From assembly GCA_965243175.1 (NCBI GenBank), contig OZ251532.1:2041464-2105463 (forward strand): 64,000 nucleotides of DNA, written 5' to 3'. Source of the DNA: Candidatus Azotimanducaceae bacterium (GTDB taxonomy: Bacteria > Pseudomonadota > Gammaproteobacteria > Pseudomonadales > Azotimanducaceae). Every line of letters starts with the position of its first letter. The stretch's first letter is position 1. This document shows, piece by piece, positions 63,928-64,000 of the stretch. Made by a program: the position numbers and the translations under genes. A model generated the notes under the pieces. It searched no databases. It was not told the DNA's origin and saw nothing but the letters and a program-made list of their open reading frames with translations.

Positions 63928-64000
63928 ATGCTTTCGCAAAGAAGCGCCCCAATGCCGAAGCCGCACGGCTCGGCCATTTGGCGCAGCCCCGCCGTCCTTG
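63928..64000 (+). CDS. Possible 5' end of mreC; runs off the right edge
   Basis: Based on position after mreB only; MLSQRSAPMPKPHGSAIWRSPAVL is not diagnostic. Confidence 0.3.
   Translation, partial: MLSQRSAPMPKPHGSAIWRSPAVL

Noticed and set aside
1-64000. CRISPR arrays, rRNA and tRNA genes
   Set aside because: I saw no regularly spaced direct repeats and no rRNA-like or cloverleaf-compatible sequences while reading the intergenic regions. This was not an exhaustive computation.

Overview
High-G+C (about 65-70% by eye) proteobacterial chromosomal segment. I found no rRNA, tRNA or CRISPR array. The core genes are hisB/hisA, mutY-yggX, a trans-sulfuration PLP enzyme, a POT peptide transporter, nfuA, a class I DAHP synthase, a TonB receptor with yejA/B/E-like ABC importer genes, sohB-acuI, nudC, nhaB, a thiolase/DUF35 pair, fpr, cysD-cysNC, gatCAB and mreB. 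Several accessory pockets sit between them. (1) 6.1-11.2 kb holds an IS5-family element, a truncated Uma2 gene, and a lasso-like RiPP locus. That locus is a repeated module of small precursor gene, HprK-like kinase and Asn-synthetase-like cyclase. Both precursor genes start with SD+ATG followed by a C18 or C24 tract, and both are off by the same -1 frame. No leader peptidase, RRE or exporter is nearby. (2) 20.9-26 kb holds a tightly overlapped operon of a HEPN-like protein, a KGGVGR-variant ParA-like ATPase and a second P-loop NTPase (candidate defence system). Next to it is an AAA-ATPase-like/PD-(D/E)XK gene, at the position where a yejF ATPase would be expected. (3) The window also has a low-G+C GIY-YIG single-gene islet, an ISAs1 element inserted in a PIN toxin gene, a decayed hicBA locus whose relic repeats flank a secreted-protein gene, and three Uma2-family genes or fragments. 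All functional calls come from reading the translated motifs by eye. No database search was run.
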